DNA of 49,278 nt, taken from a virus. The number at the start of each line of letters is the position of its first letter. Position 1 is the first letter of the stretch. The translations under genes were made by a program, and so were the position numbers. Under the pieces are notes generated by a model that was not told where the DNA came from, did not search any database, and was given only the letters and a program-made list of their open reading frames with translations. Of this stretch, positions 33,999 through 42,813 are shown piece after piece. The stretch lies in IMG/VR virus record IMGVR_UViG_3300045988_165978. One strand, 5' to 3'.

Positions 33999-34141
33999 GA
34001 TAAAATCCGCCTTAAAATAATAGATTAAATCAAGTCTAAAGGGACCTGGTCCCACAATCAAAAAAACGTATATATAATGGAAGGAATTTTTCAAAGCATT
34101 TAGGCGCATGTCAAAAGACATACGCCATTTACTTATTTTAC

Positions 34142-34477
34142 TTATTGTTTATATCTTGATACATACGCATATAAAGCATTTATACTTACTCCTATTTCTT
34201 TAGCAATTCTATACCTGGTATAACCAGCTTCAAACATCTCGAATATTTGTTCGTGGTATTGCTCCCATTGAATGGCTTTTTTCGACGCACATTTATCTGT
34301 AGGTTTAAAATCAGGGATTTTACTCTTATCTTTAATTTCATTTATATTGGAAGTATTTTCTAATTCGACATAATGCCGACCCCTGATACATTCTTCCAGT
34401 CCAATAAAAGGACAAAAAATAATATTGTCATACTTATGTATCCGGTAGCATTTTAAACAATTTACTGCTTCTTTCAT
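34142..34477 (-). CDS. DNA-binding protein with N-terminal Cys cluster and C-terminal HTH (111 aa)
   Basis: C-terminus AGYTRYRIAKEIGVSINALYAYVSRYK is HTH-like. Confidence 0.5.
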   Translation of the reverse strand: MKEAVNCLKCYRIHKYDNIIFCPFIGLEECIRGRHYVELENTSNINEIKDKSKIPDFKPTDKCASKKAIQWEQYHEQIFEMFEAGYTRYRIAKEIGVSINALYAYVSRYKQ

Positions 34478-34479
34478 TA

Positions 34480-34692
34480 TTAATCACCGTCCGCAGCACT
34501 AATATCAAACATATCGCCTAAATTTCTGACTACTCCCGCCAAAACCATACACATATTTCTCAGAGCTTCTGGCGAAAAATCATAAATTGCTCTTTTTTGT
34601 TCAAATTCCGTCATATCAGTAAAGCAAATGTTTTCGTACTTTCCATTCCGCTTTACTCTGAAATAAATACCGCAAAGTTCACGTTTTTTCAT
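34480..34692 (-). CDS. hypothetical protein (70 aa)
   Basis: ORF in an operon of tightly packed minus-strand genes. Confidence 0.45.
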   Translation of the reverse strand: MKKRELCGIYFRVKRNGKYENICFTDMTEFEQKRAIYDFSPEALRNMCMVLAGVVRNLGDMFDISAADGD

Positions 34693-34746
34693 TCTTCACT
34701 CACTAAATCCTTAATGTTTTTCTGATCCCTCATAAGTCCTATAGCA

Positions 34747-35094
34747 TTAGTTTAAAATTTGTTCCCTTTTTTCTAATGCTTCTTTCGGAATTTCCTTAAT
34801 CTCTATGCCTTCTTTTTTTGCAACTTCTATCAATATCGGTAATAAAAGCATAGTTAAATTTAGATCTGTTCGTTTAGCCATATGGGTTAAATAGCTAATA
34901 ATCAAAACAAAAACCTTTGCAATGTGATCTTGAATGTTCTCATTATCTGTTTTTCCTTCCTCGTCCACCATTGACGTACATATAAAACTATCAGTAATAA
35001 CGATTACGCTTTCGTTTGTTGATTTCATTTTTTCTAAAGATTTAATACATTCAGTTAACGTTTCTACCCGCTGTTTTAGTTTTGTTTTTTTCAT
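34747..35094 (-). CDS. hypothetical protein (115 aa)
   Basis: ORF preceded by a ribosome-binding site. Confidence 0.5.
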   Translation of the reverse strand: MKKTKLKQRVETLTECIKSLEKMKSTNESVIVITDSFICTSMVDEEGKTDNENIQDHIAKVFVLIISYLTHMAKRTDLNLTMLLLPILIEVAKKEGIEIKEIPKEALEKREQILN

Positions 35095-35109
35095 TTTTCT
35101 TAACCTTTC

Positions 35110-35253
35110 TCAATCTTCTACGATACAAATTTTATTCGTATATTCGTCAAACACTACATCACTTGCCCAAAAACCACGCCCATCACCGGAACAAGTGATA
35201 ACTGCATCGTCCGGATATTCTTCTATCAACTCTATCAGTTCTTTCTTTGTCAT
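35110..35253 (-). CDS. hypothetical acidic small protein (47 aa)
   Basis: Not in the ORF track (<60 aa). ATG with AACGAGGT ribosome-binding site. Fills the gap between neighbouring genes. Confidence 0.3.
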   Translation of the reverse strand: MTKKELIELIEEYPDDAVITCSGDGRGFWASDVVFDEYTNKICIVED

Positions 35254-35510
35254 TTATTCATACCTCGTTTATAACGCAAAACAGCAGCTTTTATATTTCT
35301 GTTGCAACGTGTACATTCATATACCGTTGATTTTTCGTAATAATTCATAGAGTCGGCATAAGCTCCCGCCTCAAATTTACCGTTTTCGTCATAATGTTCT
35401 GTATAGTGGCCGTGCACAGGAATTACTTCCCTCCAGCCCGTTATATTCTTGCAGTGAGGGCAAATAAAACTTTCTTTCATTTTTTCACCTCGTTCCAATC
35501 TTTCGCACAC
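35250..35510 (-). CDS. zinc-ribbon protein (86 aa; CPHC...CTRC)
   Basis: Two CxxC pairs. Confidence 0.5.
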   Translation of the reverse strand: MCERLERGEKMKESFICPHCKNITGWREVIPVHGHYTEHYDENGKFEAGAYADSMNYYEKSTVYECTRCNRNIKAAVLRYKRGMNK

Positions 35511-35830
35511 TCGTCACATAGTACCTCTACTTCGTCTAAAACTGTTGCTGTACCATTACGAACAACTTTCCCGCAGTTTGTGCAATTCAGCTCCCAGCCA
35601 TTACTTAAAAATTCTTTTGCTGGTATTATTTTGCTGGCTCCATATTTATCAGCCCACGGAACACGATAAACCCGCATTTCTGTAAATTCTCTATCATGTT
35701 CGGAAGCAAGTAACGCTTTAGCTTTTCCCGGTGTAGCCGCCCAAACTACATGACTTTCGTCGTAATCTTCGTCATCCCATCCATAAGCTTTTAATTTCAT
35801 TTTTCTACACCGTCCATAATAGCCCCACAT
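35477..35830 (-). CDS. hypothetical protein with C-terminal CxxC pairs (117 aa)
   Basis: CTNCG...CDEC. Confidence 0.5.
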   Translation of the reverse strand: MWGYYGRCRKMKLKAYGWDDEDYDESHVVWAATPGKAKALLASEHDREFTEMRVYRVPWADKYGASKIIPAKEFLSNGWELNCTNCGKVVRNGTATVLDEVEVLCDECAKDWNEVKK

Positions 35831-36069
35831 TCAGGGCAATATAGTGTTTCAACTTCTTGTGGATTTTTACCCAAGCTGCATATACTTACATCATCGAATT
35901 CTAAATCTATCCAATGCCCCTGCTTACGTTCTTCTACTGTAGGGGCTTTGTCTATTAAACCTTGAAAAACGTTTAACGCATGAGCAAAACGAAAATCAGC
36001 CTTTGCATAAGCGTTTAACACTTCATTCATTAGTTCCATGCTTAAAGCGTCTTTATCTATTAATTTCAT
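35797..36069 (-). CDS. hypothetical zinc-ribbon protein (90 aa)
   Basis: C-terminus CPECG. Confidence 0.45.
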   Translation of the reverse strand: MKLIDKDALSMELMNEVLNAYAKADFRFAHALNVFQGLIDKAPTVEERKQGHWIDLEFDDVSICSLGKNPQEVETLYCPECGAIMDGVEK

Positions 36070-36076
36070 AAGCTAT

Positions 36077-36532
36077 TCACCACCCAGTACTGCCAAAACC
36101 GCCAGTGCCTCTTTTTGTTTCAGAAAGTTCTGCAACCGGTACTAGCGTTGTATCTTCGTTACGCTCGATCAGCATTTGAGCAATACGCTCACCTGCTTTA
36201 ATACTGTGATAGCCTTTTTTTACAACGATCTCTTTTTCATCAACATACATTTTAGCTTCATACATAACTTTTACTTCGCCTCTGTAATCGCTGTCGATTA
36301 TCCCGCAAGAATTCGGCTGGCGTAATAATGTTTTCAAGCCTGTACTACTGCGTGGAAAGATTTTGGCATGATACCCCGGTGGAATCTCAATAGCAAATCC
36401 CAACCCAATTAGTACAGGTTCTGTACCTACAGTTATATCTTCTCTTGCGTAGCAATCATAACCGGCTGCACCGATCGTTCCTTTTGTCGGCATTTTACCG
36501 CCAGTCAATAATTTTATCTTAATTTCCATCAT
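36077..36532 (-). CDS. dut: dUTP diphosphatase (151 aa)
   Basis: Motifs AAGYD, RSS, GIIDSDYRGE, and the C-terminus GGFGSTG. Confidence 0.85.
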   Translation of the reverse strand: MMEIKIKLLTGGKMPTKGTIGAAGYDCYAREDITVGTEPVLIGLGFAIEIPPGYHAKIFPRSSTGLKTLLRQPNSCGIIDSDYRGEVKVMYEAKMYVDEKEIVVKKGYHSIKAGERIAQMLIERNEDTTLVPVAELSETKRGTGGFGSTGW

Positions 36533-36861
36533 TACTCACATTCCTTCCATTTCAACCTTTGCCCACAATGATAACAGCATCTTGTTTTTGCGTAATTTGC
36601 CATTGCGTTAAAACCAACAATTCCACTACAATTAGGGCATATTATGTCGTCACATTCATTAGGTCCAACTTGCATAGGCTCTGTCGGAGTATCTTTTTTT
36701 CTATATCTCGCTACCTTACCGCCAAGTTGGCTATTTTTTCGGCGCAGCTGTTTGATCTCCATCAAAGCTTGTAAAAATACTAACTTTAATACCCGTATAT
36801 ATTGATCATCCGGTTCTTTTTCGATTAACGCCATCATATTTTTTATATTTATTGGTCTCAC
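36532..36861 (-). CDS. hypothetical protein with C-terminal zinc ribbon (109 aa)
   Basis: CPNC...CYHCG. Confidence 0.5.
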   Translation of the reverse strand: MRPINIKNMMALIEKEPDDQYIRVLKLVFLQALMEIKQLRRKNSQLGGKVARYRKKDTPTEPMQVGPNECDDIICPNCSGIVGFNAMANYAKTRCCYHCGQRLKWKECE

Positions 36862-36880
36862 TATTTACAACTCCTTATAT

Positions 36881-37261
36881 TTAAAATGGGATTTCTTCAT
36901 CAAAAGGCGCTCCTGTATATTCGTTACCGCCAGGTCCGCCGAAGTCTTCTTTCTTTTCAATGAATTCAATATGGCTGCCGATAACTTCTGTTACCCAACG
37001 TTTAGAACCGTCATTTGCTTCGAACGTTCTAACTTGTAACCGCCCTTCGACAAGCAACCGTTGTCCTTTATGAACATAATTACCAACAGTTTCTGCTACT
37101 TTCCCCCATAAAACTACGGGCACAAAGTCTGCCTGCTGTTCTCCATCTTTCGTAGTTGGTCTATTGACCGCCAAAGTAAAAGTCGTTACGCATTTTCCTG
37201 TCTGGGTATATTTAGTATTGCAATCTTTAGTCAATCTTCCTAATAAAATTACCTTATTCAT
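36881..37261 (-). CDS. ssb: single-stranded DNA-binding protein (126 aa)
   Basis: OB-fold pattern (VILLGRLTKD...RLQ.R.F...DG). Acidic tail ending DEEIPF. Confidence 0.85.
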   Translation of the reverse strand: MNKVILLGRLTKDCNTKYTQTGKCVTTFTLAVNRPTTKDGEQQADFVPVVLWGKVAETVGNYVHKGQRLLVEGRLQVRTFEANDGSKRWVTEVIGSHIEFIEKKEDFGGPGGNEYTGAPFDEEIPF

Positions 37262-37263
37262 AG

Positions 37264-38178
37264 TTAACCTCTCCTATGATCATATTCTTCAAACATTTTT
37301 ATCGTCCTAAATATCTGCTTATTGTTTACCCAACGCTGCAAATATTTTGTTTTTTCAGGAGCATTCAATTTATCAAAAATCATAATGTACGGATCATAGC
37401 CTATGTCTCTCAATGTATATACCCGATACAAATCTTCTTCATGCGTGCTGTTAAAATTAGTTAATACGTAAACACTAAGGTTTCTGCGACTACCTTTCCA
37501 CGCAGCTCTGTATTCCTTTAATTTTTCTAGTGTTCCCATATCATTAGGATCGTCCCACGCAAAATGTATCATACTGTACTTAACCTTATTTATAGCACAG
37601 GCTTTTTCATCCGTCATAAGCCTAATATCCAAACCCTGAGTAAAATCTACATAGGCTCTACTCTCAGCCAGCTGTCCAAGTAAATTTTCCCAATCAGGAC
37701 AAGCCAGCAAATTAGGATCAAGCAGCTTTATGTGCTTCTGACCACGCCAAAACTGCGATAAATCAGCAACTTTATACGCCTGTACACCTTCCTTTTGACC
37801 TACTATGCAGAATGGACACTGACGAGGACAACCTCTAGTTAAGTAACCATATGCTTTATTTTTGATAGCATATAAATCATAGTCAGGATAGCTACATTCA
37901 ATATTTTGTGGCAACTTCCCCATTAAGTCGTAACCAGTTCCACCTTTAACGATTTCGTCAGCTTGATACGCTTGGATATCATCCGGCGTAAAGGAAAAAA
38001 CTTTTGCCATATACACAATATCATAGCGCTCTAAACTTCCAGCCCAATGAACAATATCACCGTGTTTTTTATGCCATGCTGATATTTTCATCAAAGCTAA
38101 ATTAGGAAAGTTATGTCCATCAACATCAACAAGTCCTATTTTCATGTTTATCTCCTCTATAGTTTTATATAGGCCCAT
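37264..38178 (-). CDS. radical SAM domain protein (304 aa)
   Basis: CPRQCPFC = Cx3Cx2C cluster. Function within the phage DNA-metabolism module unknown. Confidence 0.6.
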   Translation of the reverse strand: MGLYKTIEEINMKIGLVDVDGHNFPNLALMKISAWHKKHGDIVHWAGSLERYDIVYMAKVFSFTPDDIQAYQADEIVKGGTGYDLMGKLPQNIECSYPDYDLYAIKNKAYGYLTRGCPRQCPFCIVGQKEGVQAYKVADLSQFWRGQKHIKLLDPNLLACPDWENLLGQLAESRAYVDFTQGLDIRLMTDEKACAINKVKYSMIHFAWDDPNDMGTLEKLKEYRAAWKGSRRNLSVYVLTNFNSTHEEDLYRVYTLRDIGYDPYIMIFDKLNAPEKTKYLQRWVNNKQIFRTIKMFEEYDHRRG

Positions 38179-38384
38179 TTACGAATATCTTTTAGATCAA
38201 ATTCGCGTCCATAGTCAGACCAACTACGGAAAGTTAATGTACCATCATCTGAAACTAATTGGGCTATTTCATAAAAATATTTATCTTCTTTAGACTGAAT
38301 TAGTACCAATGCATCAAGAACAGGCAGACAATTTTTTGTTTTCTGCCATCCAACAATTTTATTCGTAGGGATCTTCATCCTCAA
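38157..38384 (-). CDS. hypothetical protein (75 aa)
   Basis: ORF between the methyltransferase and radical-SAM genes. Confidence 0.45.
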   Translation of the reverse strand: MRMKIPTNKIVGWQKTKNCLPVLDALVLIQSKEDKYFYEIAQLVSDDGTLTFRSWSDYGREFDLKDIRKWAYIKL

Positions 38385-39414
38385 TCTCCTTTAAAATTAC
38401 ACCTATTGCCAAAATAACATTTACTGTAACAGAATTTCCTGCTTGTTGGTAAAGTCTACTGTTACTTATTCCTGCCGCCAAAGCTCTATCAAAGGCCCAA
38501 TCAGGAAATCCCTGTAACCGCCAGCACTCCCTCGGTGTAAGCTTCCTAATCCTGCACCGAATTTTCCTGCGTGTTTTTTGTATACAGAGAATTCCATTGC
38601 AATTATCTTCTGAAAGCCCTTTATAATATCGAGCTGATAAGCAAGATGCTGTTTGAGCACCTACATTTTTTATTTTCATATTGTTTACAGGCGTACCAGA
38701 CTTTTTAGAAATTTTTACAGGAACTAAAAAAAGACCTGTCTTTGCTCCTAATCCCCCGCCTTCTGCTTTCAAAGTCCTAGCAAGTCCTCTGCTATCATAT
38801 ATCCGAAAAGCATCTGCCACACCTTTGGTTAATTCTTGCTGTTTGCAAGGATTTTCGCCGTTTGTTGGTCTGATAGGAAATACTTTTCGTCTACTTCCTT
38901 CTCCAAGATGTCCAATAATGAACACCCTTTCCCTGTTTTGCGGAATTCCAAAGTCTTTACTGTTGAGCACTTGCCATTCGCACTCGTACCCGACTTCTCC
39001 CAGCGAACAGAGCAATCTGGCAAAGTCAAAACCTCGTCCAATAGACAATAGATTTTTAACATTTTCAATGAGCAGCCATTCGGGTCTATCTTCTTTATTT
39101 CTCCCTTCAAGCAACCGTATAATTTCCCAGAAAAGCCCTGAACGTCCCCCCCGAATTCCCTTTTGTTTTCCTGCAATGGAGATGTCTTGGCAGGGAAATC
39201 CGAAACACCAAAGAGGGACGGTTGGTATATCGTATGGTTTAACTGTTCTGATATCATATGCTTCCCATTCTCCTTCTGTCTCATATATTGCTTTATAAGC
39301 CGTTCTAGCGAACTTATCGAATTCACAAAAACCAGCACATTTATGTCCGGCCATTTCCAACCCTAGACGTATTCCCCCTATGCCGGAAAACAGGTCAATA
39401 AATTTCACCGCCAC
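38359..39414 (-). CDS. dcm: DNA (cytosine-5)-methyltransferase (351 aa)
   Basis: Motif I DLFSGIGG. Motif IV GFPCQDIS. ENV motif. C-terminal QAGNSV. Confidence 0.9.
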   Translation of the reverse strand: MAVKFIDLFSGIGGIRLGLEMAGHKCAGFCEFDKFARTAYKAIYETEGEWEAYDIRTVKPYDIPTVPLWCFGFPCQDISIAGKQKGIRGGRSGLFWEIIRLLEGRNKEDRPEWLLIENVKNLLSIGRGFDFARLLCSLGEVGYECEWQVLNSKDFGIPQNRERVFIIGHLGEGSRRKVFPIRPTNGENPCKQQELTKGVADAFRIYDSRGLARTLKAEGGGLGAKTGLFLVPVKISKKSGTPVNNMKIKNVGAQTASCLSARYYKGLSEDNCNGILCIQKTRRKIRCRIRKLTPRECWRLQGFPDWAFDRALAAGISNSRLYQQAGNSVTVNVILAIGVILKEIEDEDPYE

Positions 39415-39442
39415 TCCTCCCTACTTATGATCAACTTGAATT

Positions 39443-39655
39443 TTATCTTTCCGGCCTAGCCTTGATTCTTTTAAGCCCTTCAAAAAATTCCAGCTTAGTA
39501 TCATCATCAACAGAATTAAGAATAGAATAGAAAGCACTTTGTGCATTCTTTGCCATATCACTATCTGGTCCCCAAACTGTAGAAGCTACTGTTGCAAGAT
39601 TCCAAGCGTCAAAGATTTTTTCAAAAACTTTACTGTCCATCATTGTCGGAATCAT
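39443..39655 (-). CDS. hypothetical protein (70 aa)
   Basis: ORF. Confidence 0.45.
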   Translation of the reverse strand: MIPTMMDSKVFEKIFDAWNLATVASTVWGPDSDMAKNAQSAFYSILNSVDDDTKLEFFEGLKRIKARPER

Positions 39656-40112
39656 CAGTCGGCTTACGATTTTTAGAAGCCCACGGATTAGGCGGTGGAG
39701 GTAGCGCCGCCGTTCCTTCCTCTAATTGTTTAGTGTCTTCAACGATTATTACCTCTGCATCCACTTCTTCGCCCTTAAAACTGTTGTAATATCCTTGTTC
39801 TACTGGTCTCTCAAGCTCCATTAATATCTCAACAGGTACATTAATTTTCTTGATTGACAAAATAACGTACTGATCTGAGATAATAGTGTCTTTCTTTAAT
39901 TCTGGCCACAGACTTTCTTCATTATTACTGCCAAAAACATTTGTTATTTTTACTACGCATTGGCGCCCGGTATATTCACCGTCAAAATATTCCTGCAGTA
40001 ATAAAATATCATCTTCCTGATAGTTACGATCATTCTTCCTCAATTCAAATCTCTTTTTCCCCTTCTCTACCAATGGGAAAAATTCTGGTAATATTTTTAA
40101 TTTATGGATCAT
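39630..40112 (-). CDS. ASCH-like / DUF3850 domain protein (160 aa)
   Basis: N-terminus MIHKLKILPEFFPLVEKGKKRFELRKNDRNYQ..D.LLL.EY matches DUF3850 (ASCH-like). Confidence 0.55.
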   Translation of the reverse strand: MIHKLKILPEFFPLVEKGKKRFELRKNDRNYQEDDILLLQEYFDGEYTGRQCVVKITNVFGSNNEESLWPELKKDTIISDQYVILSIKKINVPVEILMELERPVEQGYYNSFKGEEVDAEVIIVEDTKQLEEGTAALPPPPNPWASKNRKPTDDSDNDGQ

Positions 40113-40330
40113 CTTTTCCGCCCTCCACTTCTTAACCCTATCCTGGCTTCTTTTACTAAAGGATCAGTGCTGTACATTAAGCAGTTTGGACAAATTAGAT
40201 ATTCCCTGTGCCCAAAAGGATGTATATAACAATATCCATTTTCTGTATGCTTTTCACATATGCTGCAGTATCCTTTAGTCTTTGATTCTTTTTCTTGGGT
40301 ATCACGATGCATACTATCGCTTCCTTTCAC
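40109..40330 (-). CDS. zinc-finger small protein (73 aa)
   Basis: CSICE...CPNC. Confidence 0.45.
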   Translation of the reverse strand: MKGSDSMHRDTQEKESKTKGYCSICEKHTENGYCYIHPFGHREYLICPNCLMYSTDPLVKEARIGLRSGGRKR

Positions 40331-40553
40331 TTGCCTTTTTCATACAGGAATAGGAACAGTAAAATTCCCTTCTCGGCCGCCCTGATTTATAGCCGGACCG
40401 CCTTTGATAAACATAATTAGTTAAATCAGTACCCCACGGCAGGCATTTCTTTTTCCCACATTCGGCACACGTAATTTCCGGTAGCAGTGTATTAAGATTC
40501 AAATAGTGATTGTTACAGATATTTCTAACTACTCTTTTTTTACTTTTGCCCAT
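40314..40553 (-). CDS. zinc-finger small protein (79 aa)
   Basis: CAECG...CSYSC. Confidence 0.45.
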   Translation of the reverse strand: MGKSKKRVVRNICNNHYLNLNTLLPEITCAECGKKKCLPWGTDLTNYVYQRRSGYKSGRPRREFYCSYSCMKKASERKR

Positions 40554-40554
40554 A

Positions 40555-40788
40555 TCAACGACCTCTATAATCTTTGATCATTCTATTGGCAAGCGGACCA
40601 GACAGCAGCGTTCCTTTTGTTTGTACGATACAGTTTTTATCATCACGACAAACTTTCACGGCCCGCATGAGCGACGGATCATAAAGAAGTTTCCAGTCCC
40701 CAGCTCTAAGCCGCTTCCCGCACCGAAAGCACTTAGAATTACTCATGCTTGGCACCTCCATTACCTTGTCCTTCGCCATTGCTTTCAA
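40555..40788 (-). CDS. zinc-finger small protein (77 aa)
   Basis: CFRCG...C..D.NC. Confidence 0.45.
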   Translation of the reverse strand: MKAMAKDKVMEVPSMSNSKCFRCGKRLRAGDWKLLYDPSLMRAVKVCRDDKNCIVQTKGTLLSGPLANRMIKDYRGR

Positions 40789-41305
40789 TTATATTTTTGA
40801 CAACCTTTTCTAAATCATTCCTGATATTCTTTAACGGTTCTAATATTGTTTTTAAAGCATCTTCAACATCGGCATAATCATTAGGATTAAATTCTATCTT
40901 TGCGGCCCCTTTACTCAAAAATTCCATCAGCTTTTGCTGTTGTTTAGATTGTTGTATTACCGCTTCATCATCGGTATAACCGAACCTATCCCATAGATAG
41001 GATTCAATACAGGCAATGCAAAAAAGCAGCTGATCTTCCACTTCTTTAATGACTGTAGCGGGAATGAACTCAAAGTGGCTTGAAATTTCTCCTACGGGAC
41101 GATGTATCTCTATGGCTTTACTGTTATAACTCTCTTTCGTTTTGTATGAAATATTTATGGTAATGCTTGAAACCTGGTCTGTTACTTCGTTTTTTATCTC
41201 TCTGAGCTTTTCTAATTTCTCTTTATAGTAGTCCCTCGTTTTTACATAAAAGCTCAATTCTTTTAGGCTTTCCTTGTTTAAATAGCGGATTTCCATCGTG
41301 ATCAT
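40739..41305 (-). CDS. hypothetical protein (188 aa), first gene of a leftward operon
   Basis: Long ORF. Start adjacent to the regulatory region 41306-41660. Confidence 0.55.
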   Translation of the reverse strand: MITMEIRYLNKESLKELSFYVKTRDYYKEKLEKLREIKNEVTDQVSSITINISYKTKESYNSKAIEIHRPVGEISSHFEFIPATVIKEVEDQLLFCIACIESYLWDRFGYTDDEAVIQQSKQQQKLMEFLSKGAAKIEFNPNDYADVEDALKTILEPLKNIRNDLEKVVKNIIESNGEGQGNGGAKHE

Positions 41306-41322
41306 CCTTTCTGATTTTATGG

Positions 41323-41455
41323 TTGAAAATTTTTCAAATTCTGCTATAATATCTTTTGCACGAAGGCGTGCAAGGTTCTCCTATATTTGGTGGGTTTTTA
41401 TTTTTGTTGTGATTTCCCCCATTCGCGGTTAGGTTATTCTAACCGCATCTTTTTT
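41323..41455 (+). ncRNA. plus-strand unit U4: promoter TTGAAA-16-TATAAT (41323-41350; -35 embedded in palindrome TTGAAAATTTTTCAA) -> about 95-nt transcript -> terminator GCGGTTAGGTTATTCTAACCGC + T7
   Basis: Read directly. Hairpin loop GGTTAGGTTATTCTAACC is nearly identical to the hairpin of U1 at 2950-2970 (GGTTAGATAATTCTAAC). Confidence 0.45.
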
Positions 41456-41532
41456 TATATATGGAATTGTTTTTATAGGATCTTTTATAAATAGCATTGG
41501 AGAAATACCAATCAAAATTTTTAAAATCCATA

Positions 41533-41662
41533 TTGAAAATTTTTCAGCTTATGCTATAATAACTTTCGTACGGTCAGTACTCTCGTTTTCTAAATTTTTT
41601 CTCACAATTTTATCCATTCCCTTATGCTGTTAACACACCAACGTTAACAGCTTCTTTTTTTA
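41533..41662 (+). ncRNA. plus-strand unit U5: promoter TTGAAA-16-TATAAT (41533-41560, same palindromic -35) -> about 95-nt transcript -> terminator CTGTTAACACACCAACGTTAACAG + T-run
   Basis: Near-identical promoter to U4. The terminator also ends the minus-strand HTH gene 41660..41839. Confidence 0.45.
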
Positions 41663-41839
41663 TTCAAATAAATCTTTGACTTCTACTTTCAGTACCTTAG
41701 CAATTCTCTCTAAAGTACTAAGTCGAACGTCCCCACCATTTTCAAGGCTTGTTAAAGAATTGAATGATATTCCAGTTTCCTTACATAGCCGATATTTACT
41801 TACCTTTTTTTCTAGTCTGACTTTTTGAACATTCAACAT
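41660..41839 (-). CDS. XRE-family HTH protein (59 aa)
   Basis: Not in the ORF track (<60 aa). GAGGGAG ribosome-binding site + ATG. MLNVQKVRLEKKVSKYRLCKETGISFNSLTSLENGGDVRLSTLERIAKVLKVEVKDLFE is a classic Cro/C1-type HTH. Confidence 0.55.
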   Translation of the reverse strand: MLNVQKVRLEKKVSKYRLCKETGISFNSLTSLENGGDVRLSTLERIAKVLKVEVKDLFE

Positions 41840-41931
41840 TTGACCAAAGCTCCCTCATTATGTTATTATTTGTATGCAGAATAAATAACTTATTCATAAT
41901 GATGTTTCGATATTGGATTGGAGGTTTATTT

Positions 41932-42135
41932 ATGAATGCTTTTGTAAAATTAAAAAGTAATGATTCTTTAACTATCAAAAATCTTTCATCTATCAAAACA
42001 AATTTAACCGACCAACAAAAAGACGTTGATATAAACAACTTTTTCTTGGACGAGATTCCGTATTTATTCATAGGAGATGAAAAACTATCTGTACACGGAA
42101 TTGATATCGAATATATACTTCTAACAAAGAACTAA
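41932..42135 (+). CDS. hypothetical protein (67 aa), divergent from the small HTH gene
   Basis: GGAGG ribosome-binding site 11 nt before ATG 41932. Followed by a perfect terminator at 42145-42180. Confidence 0.5.
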   Translation: MNAFVKLKSNDSLTIKNLSSIKTNLTDQQKDVDINNFFLDEIPYLFIGDEKLSVHGIDIEYILLTKN

Positions 42136-42144
42136 ATCAAATTT

Positions 42145-42185
42145 CTTACATAGAGGATACACGTACAGTTGTATCCTCTTTTTAT
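42145..42185. terminator. rho-independent terminator AGAGGATACACGTACAGTTGTATCCTCT + TTTTATTT
   Basis: Read directly. Confidence 0.7.
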
Positions 42186-42311
42186 TTCTGAAATTTTTTT
42201 AATGATTGTTTCTAATTTCTCGATAGTTGTTGGACCTTCGACGTTAATTTTAACTACGAGCTCACCGCTACGATTTCCCATTTTTACCCCTTCTTTCTAA
42301 AACTTCTGACT

Positions 42312-42473
42312 TTACAGCCCCATTACCCGACCTTCTGCTACACCGCAGGTATAAATTAGAATTGCAGTCAGAATTGCTGCCGTTACGGTGAATACCCACA
42401 TAGCAGGATAATGTGCTATACTATCTAATCCATCTACGATAATATCTATTGCCGCTAAATAAAGCCCTTTCAT
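42312..42473 (-). CDS. small membrane protein (53 aa)
   Basis: Not in the ORF track. GGAGGCAG ribosome-binding site + ATG. MKGLYLAAIDIIVDGLDSIAHYPAMWVFTVTAAILTAILIYTCGVAEGRVMGL. Confidence 0.45.
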   Translation of the reverse strand: MKGLYLAAIDIIVDGLDSIAHYPAMWVFTVTAAILTAILIYTCGVAEGRVMGL

Positions 42474-42490
42474 TTTTCTGCCTCCTACTT

Positions 42491-42796
42491 TTAGTTACTA
42501 AAAAAAATCAATTTCACGATAAATAGACAAACTATACACATAAAAATTTTTCCATATAAAGCAACTCTTTTTAATTCTTCTACATCGTCCACCAGGTGAT
42601 TTTCAGCATCATTCCATTTGATAGACTTATCAAGATCATTTGCCATACTAATTAAAAGACGATGTTTTTCTTTATCACTCATATGGCGTTCATCCATGAT
42701 TTTTTTTATTTTTGTTTTTATTCCCGGAGGAAAAGGACTAGGTACTTCTATTATCTTAAACTCGTCTTTTCCCCCGATACTCAATGTTTCTTTCAT
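42491..42796 (-). CDS. hypothetical protein with C-terminal TM (101 aa)
   Basis: ORF. Confidence 0.5.
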   Translation of the reverse strand: MKETLSIGGKDEFKIIEVPSPFPPGIKTKIKKIMDERHMSDKEKHRLLISMANDLDKSIKWNDAENHLVDDVEELKRVALYGKIFMCIVCLFIVKLIFFSN

Positions 42797-42813
42797 TTTT
42801 CTGCCTCCTGTTC

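Noticed and set aside
33999-34121. N-terminal 41 codons of the Rep ORF
   Set aside because: Hydrophobic, junk-like translation. An internal ATG at 33998 with AAGGCGGA ribosome-binding site gives a conventional Rep N-terminus.
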